Shown: positions 9,390 to 19,735, numbered from the stretch's first letter. The stretch is 57,189 nt of DNA from a bacterium (GCA_031441465.1 JANOEP010000022.1:1-57189); one strand, 5' to 3'. The notes: generated by a model from the sequence alone, not told the origin. Translations and numbers: made by a program.

Positions 9390-9874
9390 TGGGCACCCCC
9401 CTTCGCGACGACCTCGCCGGCGGCGAGGAAGGCCACGGCCTGCTCGGGCGCGACGACCATCGCCTCCATGCGGTCCACCCAGGCGTAGTCGGCGTCGGCG
9501 TTCTGCGCCTTGTACTCGCCCTCGACCTGCTCGTTGAAGCCCTTGCCGGCCAGGGCGATCTCGTCGCCGCCGGCGCCGGCGGCCACGTCGGTGCTCCCGG
9601 ACTTCAGCACCACACGCTTGGTCGTCAGCGCCGATTCGTGGATCCAGCCGCTGCGGCCGCGCGCGTCCTTGACGCTGTACCAGGCGCCCTGCTTCTGGAC
9701 CACTGTCAAGCGGTCGCCGTAGGCGACGCTCGCCGCGACCTTGCCCAGGTAGGAGGGGGTGGCCCGGAGCTGCCCCGCCCGCACTTGCACGCTCATCTGT
9801 TGCACGGCCGCCCATGCCGCGACCCCGACGACCAGGACCGCGACCAGCAGCAGGCTCCGACGCATCGTCCGCAT
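9386..9874 (-). CDS. Secreted SH3b-like domain protein (162 aa)
   Basis: GAGGGG RBS, signal peptide, SH3b-like LRATPS...GDRLTV...GAWYSV...SGWIHES, C-terminal EIALAGKGF segment. Confidence 0.85.
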   Translation of the reverse strand: MRTMRRSLLLVAVLVVGVAAWAAVQQMSVQVRAGQLRATPSYLGKVAASVAYGDRLTVVQKQGAWYSVKDARGRSGWIHESALTTKRVVLKSGSTDVAAGAGGDEIALAGKGFNEQVEGEYKAQNADADYAWVDRMEAMVVAPEQAVAFLAAGEVVAKGGAQ

Positions 9875-10073
9875 CGCATCCCCCTCGCTCGTCGGTGGCG
9901 CAGGCGCGCGGCGTGCGCGCCGCGGGCGATCGTACCACCGAAGCTGCGGCGCGCCAACGGCCTTCCTGGCCCGCCGCCGCCGCGGACGCCCGCAACAACC
10001 GGCCCGCGGGCGCGTAGGGAATGGCCGATCGGGTCCGCACGGACCCCGGCCCCACGCCAACGAAAGTCAGGCC

Positions 10074-12323
10074 ATGCGCACGACGCTCCCGCTCGCCGCC
10101 CTGCTGTTGTGCCTCGCCGCCGCTCCCGTCCGGGCCGTCGCGGACGCAGAGTTCATCCCCGTGTACCACCCCCAGCTCGAGACGACCCGTGCCGCCGGTC
10201 CCATCACGATCGACGGCGTGCTCGACGACCCCGGCTGGCAGGGCATCCCCCGCGCGGACAACTTCGCGGAACACAGCCCCGGCGACCAGGTGCAGCCGCC
10301 GGTCGACACCTACGCCATGGTCACCTACGACGACGCCCATCTCTATGTCGCCTACGTCTGCTTCGACGACCCGGCGCTGGTGCGCGCCGGCCTGAGCGAG
10401 CGCGACAACATCTGGTCCGACGATTACGTGATCACGGCCATCGACACCTACGCGTCGCAGACCTGGGCCTACGAGATCGCCTGCAACCCGCTGGGCGTGC
10501 AGGGCGACCTGCTCTGGTCGGCCAACGGCGGCGAGGACATGAGCTACAACATGGTGTTCGCCAGCGCCGGCAAGGTCACCGACGAGGGCTGGCAGGTAGA
10601 GTTGGCCATCCCTTGGTCGAGCCTGCGCTTCCCTGACCGCGACGAGCAGGCCTGGCGCATCGACTTCTGGCGCAACCACCCGCGCGCGGTGCGGGGCCAG
10701 TACTCGTGGGCGGCCTACGACCGCGACGAGAGCAGTTGGCCCTCCCAGTGGGGCACGGTGCGCGGCATCCACGGCGTGAAGCCCGGCAAGGGCATCGAGC
10801 TGCTGCCGTCGCAGGTGTTCACGCAGGCCGGATCTCGTCGGGGCGACGGCTTCGACAACGGTCCCGTCCTGGGCCAGGCGTCGCTCGGCGCGCGCGCGAA
10901 CCTCTCGTCCAGTTTCACGGTCGAGGGCACGGTCAACCCCGACTTCAGCCAAATCGAGTCCGACGCGGCCCAGATCGACGTCAACACCACCCTGGCCCTG
11001 TTCTTCCCTGAGCAGCGGCCCTTCTTCCAGGAGGGCAGCGACCTGTTCCAGACCTACTTCAACGCGGTGTACACCCGCACGATCAACGACCCGTTGTTCG
11101 CCGCCAAGGTCACCGGCCGGCCCGGCAACACGAGCGTGGCCTACCTGGTCGCGCGCGACGAGATCTCGCCGTTCATCCTGCCGTTCGAGGACGTCAGCGC
11201 GTTCGCCGCCGGCGGCCGCAGCACCACGAACATCCTGCGCGTCCAGCAGGCCCTGGGCGACGGCGCCAGCGTCGGCGTGCTGGCCACCGACCGCCGCATC
11301 GACGGCGGCGGCGCGGGCACCCTCGGCGGGATCGACGGCCGCGTGCGCTTCACGCCCTCGCTGCAGTTCGAGTGGCAGGCGCTGGCCTCGCGCACCGAAG
11401 AGCCCGACGACGCGGCCCTGACCGACGGGCTCGAGGGTCTGACCTTCGACCGGGGGAAGCACACGGCGATCTTCGACGGCGAGACCTTCGACGGGCTCGG
11501 CTTGTACTCCGGCCTGGAGTACAACGACCGACTCTGGGAATTCGAGACCGAGTACCGGTCCTTCAGCCCCACCTTCCGTGCCGAGAACGGGTTCATCCCG
11601 CGCAACGACCGCCGCGAAGCGGTCACGTCGGCCTCGCGGGTGTTCCGCTTCGACGATTCGCGGCACCTGGAGTGGATCCGGCCCCATGTCAACGCCGGTC
11701 GTGTCTGGAACATGGCCGACGCGCGCAAGGACGAATGGGTCTGGGCCGGGGTCGGCACGCGCCTGCGGCACTCGCAGATCTTCTTCCAGGTTTCGCACAT
11801 GGAGAGCAACGAGCTGTTCCGGGATATCTGGTTCGACGGCATCGAGGCGACGGAATTCGACCTCCAGGCCGTGCCCGCCAACGCGCTGCAGGGAGGGTTG
11901 TCCCTGAGCCACGGCCACCGCATCGCCAGGCGGGAGCGGGTCATGGGCCGCGAGACCAACGCGTCGCTCTGGTTCGAGATTCGCCCCGCCGACCGTCTCC
12001 TGGCAGAGGTGAGCTGGCGCTGGATCCAGAGCGTCGACGACGAGACCGAAGCCATGCTGTTCAAAGGCTTCATCCTGCGCAGCCGCTTCGGGGTGCAGGT
12101 CTCGCGCGAGTTGGCGCTGCGCCTGGTGGTCCAGTACGACGACTTCGACGAAACGTGGGAGGCCGACCCGCTGGTCACCTACCGGCTCAACCCCTTCAGC
12201 ATCTTCTACGTCGGATCGACCCGCGACTACGCCCCGCTCGACCCCGACCACGACGGCCTGCGCGACTGGCGCCTCACCGACCGCCAGTACTTCATGAAGC
12301 TGCAGTACCTCTTCCAGATCTAA
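10074..12323 (+). CDS. CBM9-like / DUF5916-type outer-membrane-associated protein (749 aa)
   Basis: Signal peptide, IDGVLDDPGW, YDDAHLYVA, WQVELAIPWSSLRF, TVNPDFSQIESD, FFPEQRPFF.EG, C-terminal KLQYLF. Confidence 0.8.
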   Translation: MRTTLPLAALLLCLAAAPVRAVADAEFIPVYHPQLETTRAAGPITIDGVLDDPGWQGIPRADNFAEHSPGDQVQPPVDTYAMVTYDDAHLYVAYVCFDDPALVRAGLSERDNIWSDDYVITAIDTYASQTWAYEIACNPLGVQGDLLWSANGGEDMSYNMVFASAGKVTDEGWQVELAIPWSSLRFPDRDEQAWRIDFWRNHPRAVRGQYSWAAYDRDESSWPSQWGTVRGIHGVKPGKGIELLPSQVFTQAGSRRGDGFDNGPVLGQASLGARANLSSSFTVEGTVNPDFSQIESDAAQIDVNTTLALFFPEQRPFFQEGSDLFQTYFNAVYTRTINDPLFAAKVTGRPGNTSVAYLVARDEISPFILPFEDVSAFAAGGRSTTNILRVQQALGDGASVGVLATDRRIDGGGAGTLGGIDGRVRFTPSLQFEWQALASRTEEPDDAALTDGLEGLTFDRGKHTAIFDGETFDGLGLYSGLEYNDRLWEFETEYRSFSPTFRAENGFIPRNDRREAVTSASRVFRFDDSRHLEWIRPHVNAGRVWNMADARKDEWVWAGVGTRLRHSQIFFQVSHMESNELFRDIWFDGIEATEFDLQAVPANALQGGLSLSHGHRIARRERVMGRETNASLWFEIRPADRLLAEVSWRWIQSVDDETEAMLFKGFILRSRFGVQVSRELALRLVVQYDDFDETWEADPLVTYRLNPFSIFYVGSTRDYAPLDPDHDGLRDWRLTDRQYFMKLQYLFQI

Positions 12324-12343
12324 CCGGCCCGACTCGGGCGGGC

Positions 12344-12380
12344 TGAAGGAAGGGAGCCCCCCGCGGGGCTCCCTTCTTCA
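12344..12380. terminator. Hairpin between convergent genes, probable bidirectional terminator
   Basis: AAGGGAGCCCC-ccgc-GGGGCTCCCTT stem, extended by TGAAG/CTTCA. Confidence 0.75.
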
Positions 12381-12398
12381 CGGCCGGTGCGCGTGGCG

Positions 12399-13052
12399 TC
12401 ACTTGTAGAGGCTCTTGATCTCGCCCCAGCTCAGGTCCTGTTCGGCGACCACCAGGGTCGAGATCGTGTCGATCAGGATCTGGTCGACCCAGGTGTAGGG
12501 CGGGATGAACAGATCCACGTACTCGCGGTCGGGGTTGTAGGGCAGGTACCAGGACTCCGTCATGAACCCGGGAACGCCCCACCGGTTGATGAGCGTGCCG
12601 TGCAGCGGGTTCGTCCACTCGTTGGTGCCGGGATTCGGCGCCAGGACGTCCTGGACGAAGGGCGCGCCCTGCCCGCCGGACGTGATCTGCACCCAGATGA
12701 ACTTGAACGGGTAGTAGTCGATCCAGTTGCAGAGGAAAAAGCGCACGAGACCCGGCTGCTCGGTCGTGAAGATGCGGCCGTCGTTGGGGTCCGTCGGATC
12801 CGGCTGCCAGTAGCAGAATTCGAAGTGGGCGTGGGTCTCGCAACCGGCGTTGAAGGGATGGAGGCCGTCGCCGGTGGTGGCGATGTATTCAGGCGGCATG
12901 TCGTAGAGGACCTGGCTGAAGAATTCCCACTCGGCGGTGACGGACAACGGCCCGCCGCGCCAGGGCGGTGGATTGAAGTCGTCGGCAAGGGCGGCGGAAG
13001 AGACGGCCACCGTGCACAGGGCGGCCAGCAGCAGTGTGGTGAGTCGACGCAT
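12399..13052 (-). CDS. Secreted hypothetical protein with C-terminal SWGEIKSLYK tail (217 aa)
   Basis: Signal peptide ending ALA, coding-like GC3, and a tail shared with 31392..31943. Confidence 0.85.
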   Translation of the reverse strand: MRRLTTLLLAALCTVAVSSAALADDFNPPPWRGGPLSVTAEWEFFSQVLYDMPPEYIATTGDGLHPFNAGCETHAHFEFCYWQPDPTDPNDGRIFTTEQPGLVRFFLCNWIDYYPFKFIWVQITSGGQGAPFVQDVLAPNPGTNEWTNPLHGTLINRWGVPGFMTESWYLPYNPDREYVDLFIPPYTWVDQILIDTISTLVVAEQDLSWGEIKSLYK

Positions 13053-13284
13053 CGGATTACCCCCTTCTCCGGTTGCTTCCCGTCCGTGCGGACGGGTCGG
13101 GCGGAGCGGGACTTCGACGACAGGGCGCCTCCAGCGTCCCGCCGCGAGCCCGCGACGGGAACAAGGTCGTGCCGTTCACCTCCTTTCCGTTGATATCAGC
13201 CATTCGGATCGAGACTACCGCCGGGCGGGGCGGCCGTCAATCGACAATGCTAATTCATTATTTAACTCATTGCCATCATGATCG

Positions 13285-15744
13285 TTACTTCGTCGCCCCA
13301 CCCAGCAGACCCCGCAGGCGGGCGCGCGCGCTCGCCCCGGCCTGAGCGGCCGTGCCGCGGGCGACGTCCTGCAGGGCCGCCGCCACATCGAGCTGGACCG
13401 AGGGTTGGACCAGGGTGCCGCCGACCCGCAGGGGCACGACCAAGCGCTCGGTTGCGGTGTTGCCGCCGCCGCCGAGCAGGCCGGTGACCTTGCCGACCAC
13501 ACCGCCCGGATTGCGCAGCTTGCGCGAAAAATCGTCGCTCAGCAGCAGGCCGCCCGCGGCGTCCAGCTCGCCGGTGAAGGCGTAGCCGCCGGCGAAGACC
13601 AGCTCGCCGAGGTCGCCCAGCTTCGTGGCGAGCGTGTCGAGCCCGACGCGGCCGTCGCGCACCACGATGTGCGCGGCGAGGGTGCGCAGGGCCTGGTTCT
13701 CGGCGAAGGAGCCGCCCGCCTTCGTCGCCACCGCCGACAACGCCGCGTGCACGGGGCCGCGGGTGGCGACGCGGCCCTCGTCCATCCGCGCGCCCGCGTC
13801 CAGGGTCAGCGTGTTGCGCACCGTCGCGCCGTCGCGGCCGGCGGCGCCGTAGGTTCCCGACAGGTCGAACTTGCCGAACAGCAGCCCCTTCAGGGGCGTG
13901 AAGCGCGACAGGAAGTCATCGGCCTCGATGCGCGTCGCCGCGAAGCGGCCGCCGAAGGCAGGGCGGTTCAGGTCGTTCAGGTCCACGGTCGTGTTGCCGG
14001 TCACCTTGCCGGTGTAGACGTCGGCCGCCACGTCGGCGACCTCGAGGCGGCGGTCGATCAGGCGCGCGTTGCCGGTCACGCCGGTGAAGGCGACCCCGCC
14101 GTACAGCAACGAGTCCGCGCGCAGGGTGCCCGTGCCCCGCAGGTCCGGCAGCCGGGCGGTCAGCGAGTCGCGCGGGGCGGGAGCCGGCGCCCCGCGCTTG
14201 ACCCAGGCGGGGCTGGCGGCGGGGAAGACCCGGTCGACGTCGAAGCGTCGCGAGCGCGCGGCGAAGGTCAGCACGGGCCGGCGCGCCGCATCGGCGGCGA
14301 GGGCCGCGAAGGGGTCGGTGACGCGGCCGGTCAGGGTCACGTCGCTGCGGCCGAAGCGGGCGACGCAGCTGGAGATCGTCACCGCGTCGGGAGCCAGGGC
14401 CAATTTCGCGTCCAGCGAGGTCAGCGGCTCGCCCAGCATCGCGTCGCGGTAGGTCATCCGCGAGACGACGACCTCGCCGCCCCGCAGCAGCCGTTCCGGC
14501 TGTTTCGTGGAGCCGTCCAGCTCGACGCGCACCGCGAGGTTGCCGGTGATCGCAGCCCGGCGTTCCGGCGGCAGGAAGGGCTGCAGGTAGGCCAGGTCGA
14601 TCTCGCCGCTCAGGGTCCCGCGCAGTTGCGGTTCGGCGAAGCGCGTCACCGTGAAGTCGCCCTGCAGCGGACGACCGCCGAACGACGCCCGCGTGAGCGC
14701 GACGTGCAGGCTGTCGGGCCGCAGGTCGGCCCTGGCCGATGCCACCCTCAATTCGCCGGGCAATTCCCCGCCGCTCATGACCAGGTCCGTCAGCCCGGCG
14801 GTCGCGGTGTAGGCGGGCGCGCGTCCGGTTTCCAGACTCGCGTCGGCCTCCACGACGACGTCGCCCGCGAGGCTGTAGGCGGCCAGGGCCGCCCGGCGGT
14901 CGGCGGGCAGCAGGCCGAGCAGGTCGGCGGCGGTGATGCGGTCCGAGACCAGACGCCCGTGCGCCACGACGGCGCCGTCGCGGCGGGCGAAGTCTCCCGC
15001 CAGCTTGAAGCGCAGCGGTCCTGCGGTCAGGGCGGACTCCGCGAGCGTGAGCAGCGCGGCGGCCCGGTCGTACGCGAGGTCGAATTGCAGGGCGACCGGC
15101 AGCACCGGCAAGGGCGCTGGCCCCGCCACGCGCAGGCTGTCGACGGTCAGGTCGCCCCGGGCCACACTGCGCCCCGCCGCGTCGGTCGCCAGGCTCGCTT
15201 CGAGGCGAAGCCCGGCCAGCCGCGCGCCGGTGCCCGCGGCCTGGTCGTCGAAGGTGAGCTGCCCGTCGACGATGGAGATGCGGTCGAGCGCGATCGCCGG
15301 GGGTGCGCCGCCGGCGCCGCCCTTGCCGTCGCCATTCCCGCTCGCGGGGGGCGCGAAGGTGAAGTTGTCCGTGCCGTCGGCCCGACGCTGCAATCTCAGC
15401 TTGGGCCCGGAGACCACCAGACGGTCGGCCTCCACGCGGCCGCGCAGCAGCGGCGGCAGGCGCAGCCGCAGGTCCACGGCCGCGACCGTGGCCAGCGGTG
15501 CGCCCCCGAAGCCCGGCGGGTTGCCGAGGCGCACCCCCTGCAGGCGCACGCCCAGCCCGCCGCGCAGCGACAGGCGGGCCTCGTCGATGACGACTTCGCG
15601 GCCCAGGGCCGCGGACGCGCGCGCCGCGACCAGGCTCTTGATCCTGCCGACCGGGAAAAAGATCAGCACGCCGGCGACCAGCAGGACCAACGCGCCGGCG
15701 ATCACGATCAGGAGCCGCGGCGGGGATTTCCGTGTGGTGTTCAT
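13285..15744 (-). CDS. AsmA-family protein (819 aa)
   Basis: N-terminal anchor helix, ASAALGREVVI, LRLPPLLRGRVE..L...P.LRLQR.ADGTDNF, beta-rich body, C-terminal VPLRVGGTLVQP. Confidence 0.85.
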   Translation of the reverse strand: MNTTRKSPPRLLIVIAGALVLLVAGVLIFFPVGRIKSLVAARASAALGREVVIDEARLSLRGGLGVRLQGVRLGNPPGFGGAPLATVAAVDLRLRLPPLLRGRVEADRLVVSGPKLRLQRRADGTDNFTFAPPASGNGDGKGGAGGAPPAIALDRISIVDGQLTFDDQAAGTGARLAGLRLEASLATDAAGRSVARGDLTVDSLRVAGPAPLPVLPVALQFDLAYDRAAALLTLAESALTAGPLRFKLAGDFARRDGAVVAHGRLVSDRITAADLLGLLPADRRAALAAYSLAGDVVVEADASLETGRAPAYTATAGLTDLVMSGGELPGELRVASARADLRPDSLHVALTRASFGGRPLQGDFTVTRFAEPQLRGTLSGEIDLAYLQPFLPPERRAAITGNLAVRVELDGSTKQPERLLRGGEVVVSRMTYRDAMLGEPLTSLDAKLALAPDAVTISSCVARFGRSDVTLTGRVTDPFAALAADAARRPVLTFAARSRRFDVDRVFPAASPAWVKRGAPAPAPRDSLTARLPDLRGTGTLRADSLLYGGVAFTGVTGNARLIDRRLEVADVAADVYTGKVTGNTTVDLNDLNRPAFGGRFAATRIEADDFLSRFTPLKGLLFGKFDLSGTYGAAGRDGATVRNTLTLDAGARMDEGRVATRGPVHAALSAVATKAGGSFAENQALRTLAAHIVVRDGRVGLDTLATKLGDLGELVFAGGYAFTGELDAAGGLLLSDDFSRKLRNPGGVVGKVTGLLGGGGNTATERLVVPLRVGGTLVQPSVQLDVAAALQDVARGTAAQAGASARARLRGLLGGATK

Positions 15745-15770
15745 GCGGACAGGATGCCTCGCCTCCGCCC

Positions 15771-17693
15771 TCAGCGCAACAGGAGCGTCCGGTTGGCGGG
15801 GTCGGCGTCCTCGAGCAGCAGGGCGCGCAGCTCGGGCCAACGTGCCGGCGGCACCTCCCCGGCCGCGACCGACAGCTCGCGTTTGACGACCACGCGCCCG
15901 CCGTCGCGCTCGACGCGCAGGCTGAAACGGCCGGCCGCGTTGACGACCTCGCGGTCCGGCGGCAGGTGTGCGAATTCGCGGTCGCCGGGGGACAGGGTCG
16001 TCCGCACCCGCTGGACCAGGGAGCCGGGCAGCAGCACCGCACTGCTGCGCGATTCCTCGTACAGGTGGACGTCGGCCGGCAGCAGGGACGCCAACCCGCC
16101 GAGCGGATCGCCCACGGTCAGGCGCAGACGGTCGAAGTCGTCCGCTTCGTCCTCGGGAACGTTCGCGGTGAAGCCGTAGGTCACGGCCTCGGGCCGGAAC
16201 GTCGCGGGGTTGGAACCGGCGACCGTGGCGCCGGCGAACACCGACGCGACCACGGCGCCGAGGTGGCCCTGCGCGTCGCCGTCGAGCCCGGCCATCCGGT
16301 CGTGGGCCGAGAACAGCCCGTCGGTCCGGAGGGATCCCGCGCCGCACCAGCCGCCGCTGTCCGAGGGCGCGAGCGTGATGTCGAAGGCGAACAGGTTCGC
16401 GACGGTCGCCTCGCCGTCCGGTCGCTGGATGAGGCCCGATCCACCGAGCAGCGGGCCGGCGAACGCGGACGGCGACTCCGTGAGTTTCCCTTTGCTCGGA
16501 TCGTAGAACGCGCCCAGGCCCGCGCCCGCGATCTCGAGGAAGGGGCCGTCGAATTCCGCCGCCGCCGGCACCTGCGGGTCGACGGGCCGGCCGCCGCGCG
16601 CGCGGTAGCGGAGTGCCGCCGTCAGGCCGGCGCCCCGGAACAGGGCGGCCGCCAGGACGGCGCGATCGCTGCCGTGCCCGTAGGCCGTGTCCCAGGTGCG
16701 TTCGGGCCGGCGGGCTGCGGCTCGCCACGGGCGGTCGTCGACGTGGACGGACCGCACCCCCTCCTCGAGCAGCTTCACGACGGCCCGGGCTTTGGACCGG
16801 TCGTCGGGCGCGTTGCCGAGGCGGGCGGCGAGGGTGTCGCGCAGGGCCGCGCCGAGCGGGGCGTCGTCGTCGAATCCCCGCGACAGCGCCGCGCCCAGGG
16901 CCTGCCAGCTATCCCAGGTCGACCACAGGACGCTGGGCGCATCGGCCGCGGGGACGGCGATCGCCGGCAGCCCGTGCTGCGGCACGTCCTCGAGACGCCA
17001 GGTCCGTGTCGTGGCCCCGTGCGCGGTGGCCACGGTCGGGGCCGGCGCGCCGCGGCGTTCCACGTGACGGACCGCGACGCCGACCGGCACGCACAGCGCG
17101 AACTCGCTCACGACCGCCGGGTCGCGCCGCGCGAAGACCCACAGGCCGTCGGCCCCGGCCTGCGCGCCGGCGCGCTCGACGATCTCGTACTCCGTCTCCA
17201 GCAGGCAGGGCAGCTCGACGCCGTCGTGCAGGAGCATGGTCTCGCGCAGGTCCGCGTAGTCGGCGGCGTACTCCAGCGCGTAGGGCAGGGTCTCGACCAC
17301 GGCGGTCGGGCTGATCGTGACCGCGTCCGGCCACCAGCGGCCGTCGCGCCAGGTGCGCAGCTTCGTCACGGCGAGGGTCGAGGTTCCGGCGTGCCAGGGC
17401 ACGCGCTGGTCGGCGTAGGCGTTCAGGCCGCTGCGCGTCGCGATCCAGACCGCCTGGTGGGTGCGCACGGCGAGGTCGCCGCCGGGCGAGACGGTCACCA
17501 GGCGCGCTTCGCACAGCAGGACGGCGTCGCGCTGCGCGAAGCCGGGCAGGGCCCGGGCGCGCGCGAGCAGGGCGTCGAGGTCGCGCCCTGAGGATGTCCC
17601 GATCGAGGTCCCGGGCGAAACGCCGGAGGTGCCGGCCGCGGCCGGCGCCGCGAGGATCGCCGCCAGGATGCAGAGCAGGAGCGTGCGCTTCAT
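15771..17693 (-). CDS. DUF3857-domain transglutaminase-like protein, probably non-catalytic (640 aa)
   Basis: Signal peptide and similarity to the upstream neighbour. The catalytic-Cys region reads YGHGSD. ATGA overlap with the upstream gene. Confidence 0.75.
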   Translation of the reverse strand: MKRTLLLCILAAILAAPAAAGTSGVSPGTSIGTSSGRDLDALLARARALPGFAQRDAVLLCEARLVTVSPGGDLAVRTHQAVWIATRSGLNAYADQRVPWHAGTSTLAVTKLRTWRDGRWWPDAVTISPTAVVETLPYALEYAADYADLRETMLLHDGVELPCLLETEYEIVERAGAQAGADGLWVFARRDPAVVSEFALCVPVGVAVRHVERRGAPAPTVATAHGATTRTWRLEDVPQHGLPAIAVPAADAPSVLWSTWDSWQALGAALSRGFDDDAPLGAALRDTLAARLGNAPDDRSKARAVVKLLEEGVRSVHVDDRPWRAAARRPERTWDTAYGHGSDRAVLAAALFRGAGLTAALRYRARGGRPVDPQVPAAAEFDGPFLEIAGAGLGAFYDPSKGKLTESPSAFAGPLLGGSGLIQRPDGEATVANLFAFDITLAPSDSGGWCGAGSLRTDGLFSAHDRMAGLDGDAQGHLGAVVASVFAGATVAGSNPATFRPEAVTYGFTANVPEDEADDFDRLRLTVGDPLGGLASLLPADVHLYEESRSSAVLLPGSLVQRVRTTLSPGDREFAHLPPDREVVNAAGRFSLRVERDGGRVVVKRELSVAAGEVPPARWPELRALLLEDADPANRTLLLR

Positions 17694-19735
17694 CGGACGC
17701 CTCCCTTCTCGGCGCGGAAGACGCGATCGCCCCAGGCGCGGGCGGCGTCGACGGCCTTCTTGAAGCCGGGGTATCCGTCCGGCGGAACCTGCCGGCGGCG
17801 GGACTCGAAGCGCTGGGTGATCACGAGGTCGTTCCCGTCGTGGCGGCTCGCGCCGGTGAACGCGGCGTAGATCTCGTCGACCGCGTCGGGCTGCTCGGCG
17901 ACGGTCGCGCGCCAGCCGCGGGGCAGGCGGATGGTCTCCTGCCCGTCGAGCAACTGGGTGAAGTAGAGCAGGATGTCGGTCTTGCGCTCGTCCTCCCAGG
18001 CGGTGGCGCCGGCGCGGAACAGCGTGCCATCGTGCAGGGTCAGCTGCATCAGCGGGCTGCGGAACTCGAGCCCGCCGTCGACCGGCAGCGCGTAGCGGGG
18101 GATGCGGTAGGCGACGGTGATCCGCATGTCGCCGCCGAAATCGTCGGTGCGGCGGTGCGTCACGCGCACGCCTTCGACGCGCGGGCTGACGGCGGCCAGC
18201 GCCTTGGCGAAGACCGACGCCAGGTTGTCGCGGCGGCCGTTGGCCAGGCCGCGCAGGCGGCCGTCCATGACCCCGCGACCGGTCAGCTCGAACTCGCCGG
18301 TGAGCGTGCCGTCGTCTTGCAGGGTCGCGCGGTGCACCGCGCGCAGCGGCGATTCCGCGGGCGGGCTGTAGGCGATGCGGTCCAGGGTGTCGCCCTGCGG
18401 CGAGCCGACCAGGTAGTGCTGCTCGGTCTCGGAGTACGACCAGATGTTGTTGTCGTAGGGCACCCAGGTCGGATCGTACATGCGGAACGACCCGTCCGGC
18501 AGCCGCAATGCGGTGACGCAGTGGTTGAACTGGTCGGCGGGCACGTCCTCGATGCGGCTGCCGGCCATGGTCATGGCCGCCTGCGCGTCCAGGCCGGCGG
18601 CCCGCATCATGGTGACGAGCATGCCGGCGATGTCCTTGCAGACCCCGCTGCGCTGCTCGAAGATCATCGCGCCGGAGTGCAGGATGAAGCCCTCGCCCGG
18701 GCCCATCGTCTGGCCGCTGTAGCGGATGTTCTGGGCCACCCAGTGCAGCAGCGCCTCGGCTCGGCGTTCGGGAGCCGCGCCGGTCAAGCCGGCCGCGGCC
18801 AGGATCACGTCCACCTTGTCGCGGATCTCCGGCGTCACGTCGAACTGGTCGCGGTTCACGTCGAAGAACCAGCGGCTCTTGCTTTCCCAGTCCGCGACCG
18901 TGGCCATGACCACCTTCGGCGCGAAGTCGCTGGCGGCGGGCTGGCGCGTCTCGTGGACCAGGGCCGGCAGGTCGCGCCCCCACCAGGCGTACTCGGTGCG
19001 CTCGGCGTCGTACGCGACGGAGGAGTAGAGCGCCCCGTTGTGGACTTCGGCGTGCAGGCGTTTGTCCGCGGGCAGGCTCAGCACGTAGCGCTTCTCGACG
19101 ATCGGCGCGTCCTCGGCGAACAGCACGATGTCGAAGTACTCCCCGGGCATCGGCGGGATGAAGCGGGCGTCGTCGTCCGCGGCGGCGCCGCCGGCGGCCG
19201 CTCCGTCGCCGCCGAGCAGGGCGTAGGTGAAGCCCTTGCGCCAGGTGCGCACCTCGATCCCGTCGCCGGGACGCAGGCGCGGCAGCTGCAGCAGCTGGAT
19301 GCGGTCGCTCCAGTAGATGGCAGACTGGGGGGCGGGCAAATCGTGCACGGCCGCCACGTCGACCGACAGGCGCTCGCCGTCGCGCAGCACGGCCACCTCG
19401 CGCACCTCCACACGGCTGCTCTGCGGGTCGTACCGCCAGGTCAGCACGGAGTTGTCGCGGCAGCCGGCCGGGGTCAGCACCTTCGTCAGGCGGTAGCCGT
19501 CGACCTCGGTGACGCCCGAGGGTTGGACCCGGTTCACCATCTCCTCGAAGACGACGACCAGGCCGGCGCCGGGATGCGCCTCGGCGTCGCCGGCGTCCGC
19601 CAGGCGCGTGAACGCGGTCGGGGGCGGGCGGTCGCCCGGCGGCAGGACCGGCTCGCCGGCGCCGGCTGCGGCGGCGAGGACGAGGAGGAAACCGAGCAGG
19701 AGCGAGGGGATCGCGGGGCGCGGCGGCTGGGGCAT
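17690..19735 (-). CDS. DUF3857 plus transglutaminase-like protein (681 aa)
   Basis: Signal peptide, WVAQNIRY, catalytic-triad motifs GVCKD, FNHC, DPT. Confidence 0.88.
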   Translation of the reverse strand: MPQPPRPAIPSLLLGFLLVLAAAAGAGEPVLPPGDRPPPTAFTRLADAGDAEAHPGAGLVVVFEEMVNRVQPSGVTEVDGYRLTKVLTPAGCRDNSVLTWRYDPQSSRVEVREVAVLRDGERLSVDVAAVHDLPAPQSAIYWSDRIQLLQLPRLRPGDGIEVRTWRKGFTYALLGGDGAAAGGAAADDDARFIPPMPGEYFDIVLFAEDAPIVEKRYVLSLPADKRLHAEVHNGALYSSVAYDAERTEYAWWGRDLPALVHETRQPAASDFAPKVVMATVADWESKSRWFFDVNRDQFDVTPEIRDKVDVILAAAGLTGAAPERRAEALLHWVAQNIRYSGQTMGPGEGFILHSGAMIFEQRSGVCKDIAGMLVTMMRAAGLDAQAAMTMAGSRIEDVPADQFNHCVTALRLPDGSFRMYDPTWVPYDNNIWSYSETEQHYLVGSPQGDTLDRIAYSPPAESPLRAVHRATLQDDGTLTGEFELTGRGVMDGRLRGLANGRRDNLASVFAKALAAVSPRVEGVRVTHRRTDDFGGDMRITVAYRIPRYALPVDGGLEFRSPLMQLTLHDGTLFRAGATAWEDERKTDILLYFTQLLDGQETIRLPRGWRATVAEQPDAVDEIYAAFTGASRHDGNDLVITQRFESRRRQVPPDGYPGFKKAVDAARAWGDRVFRAEKGGVR

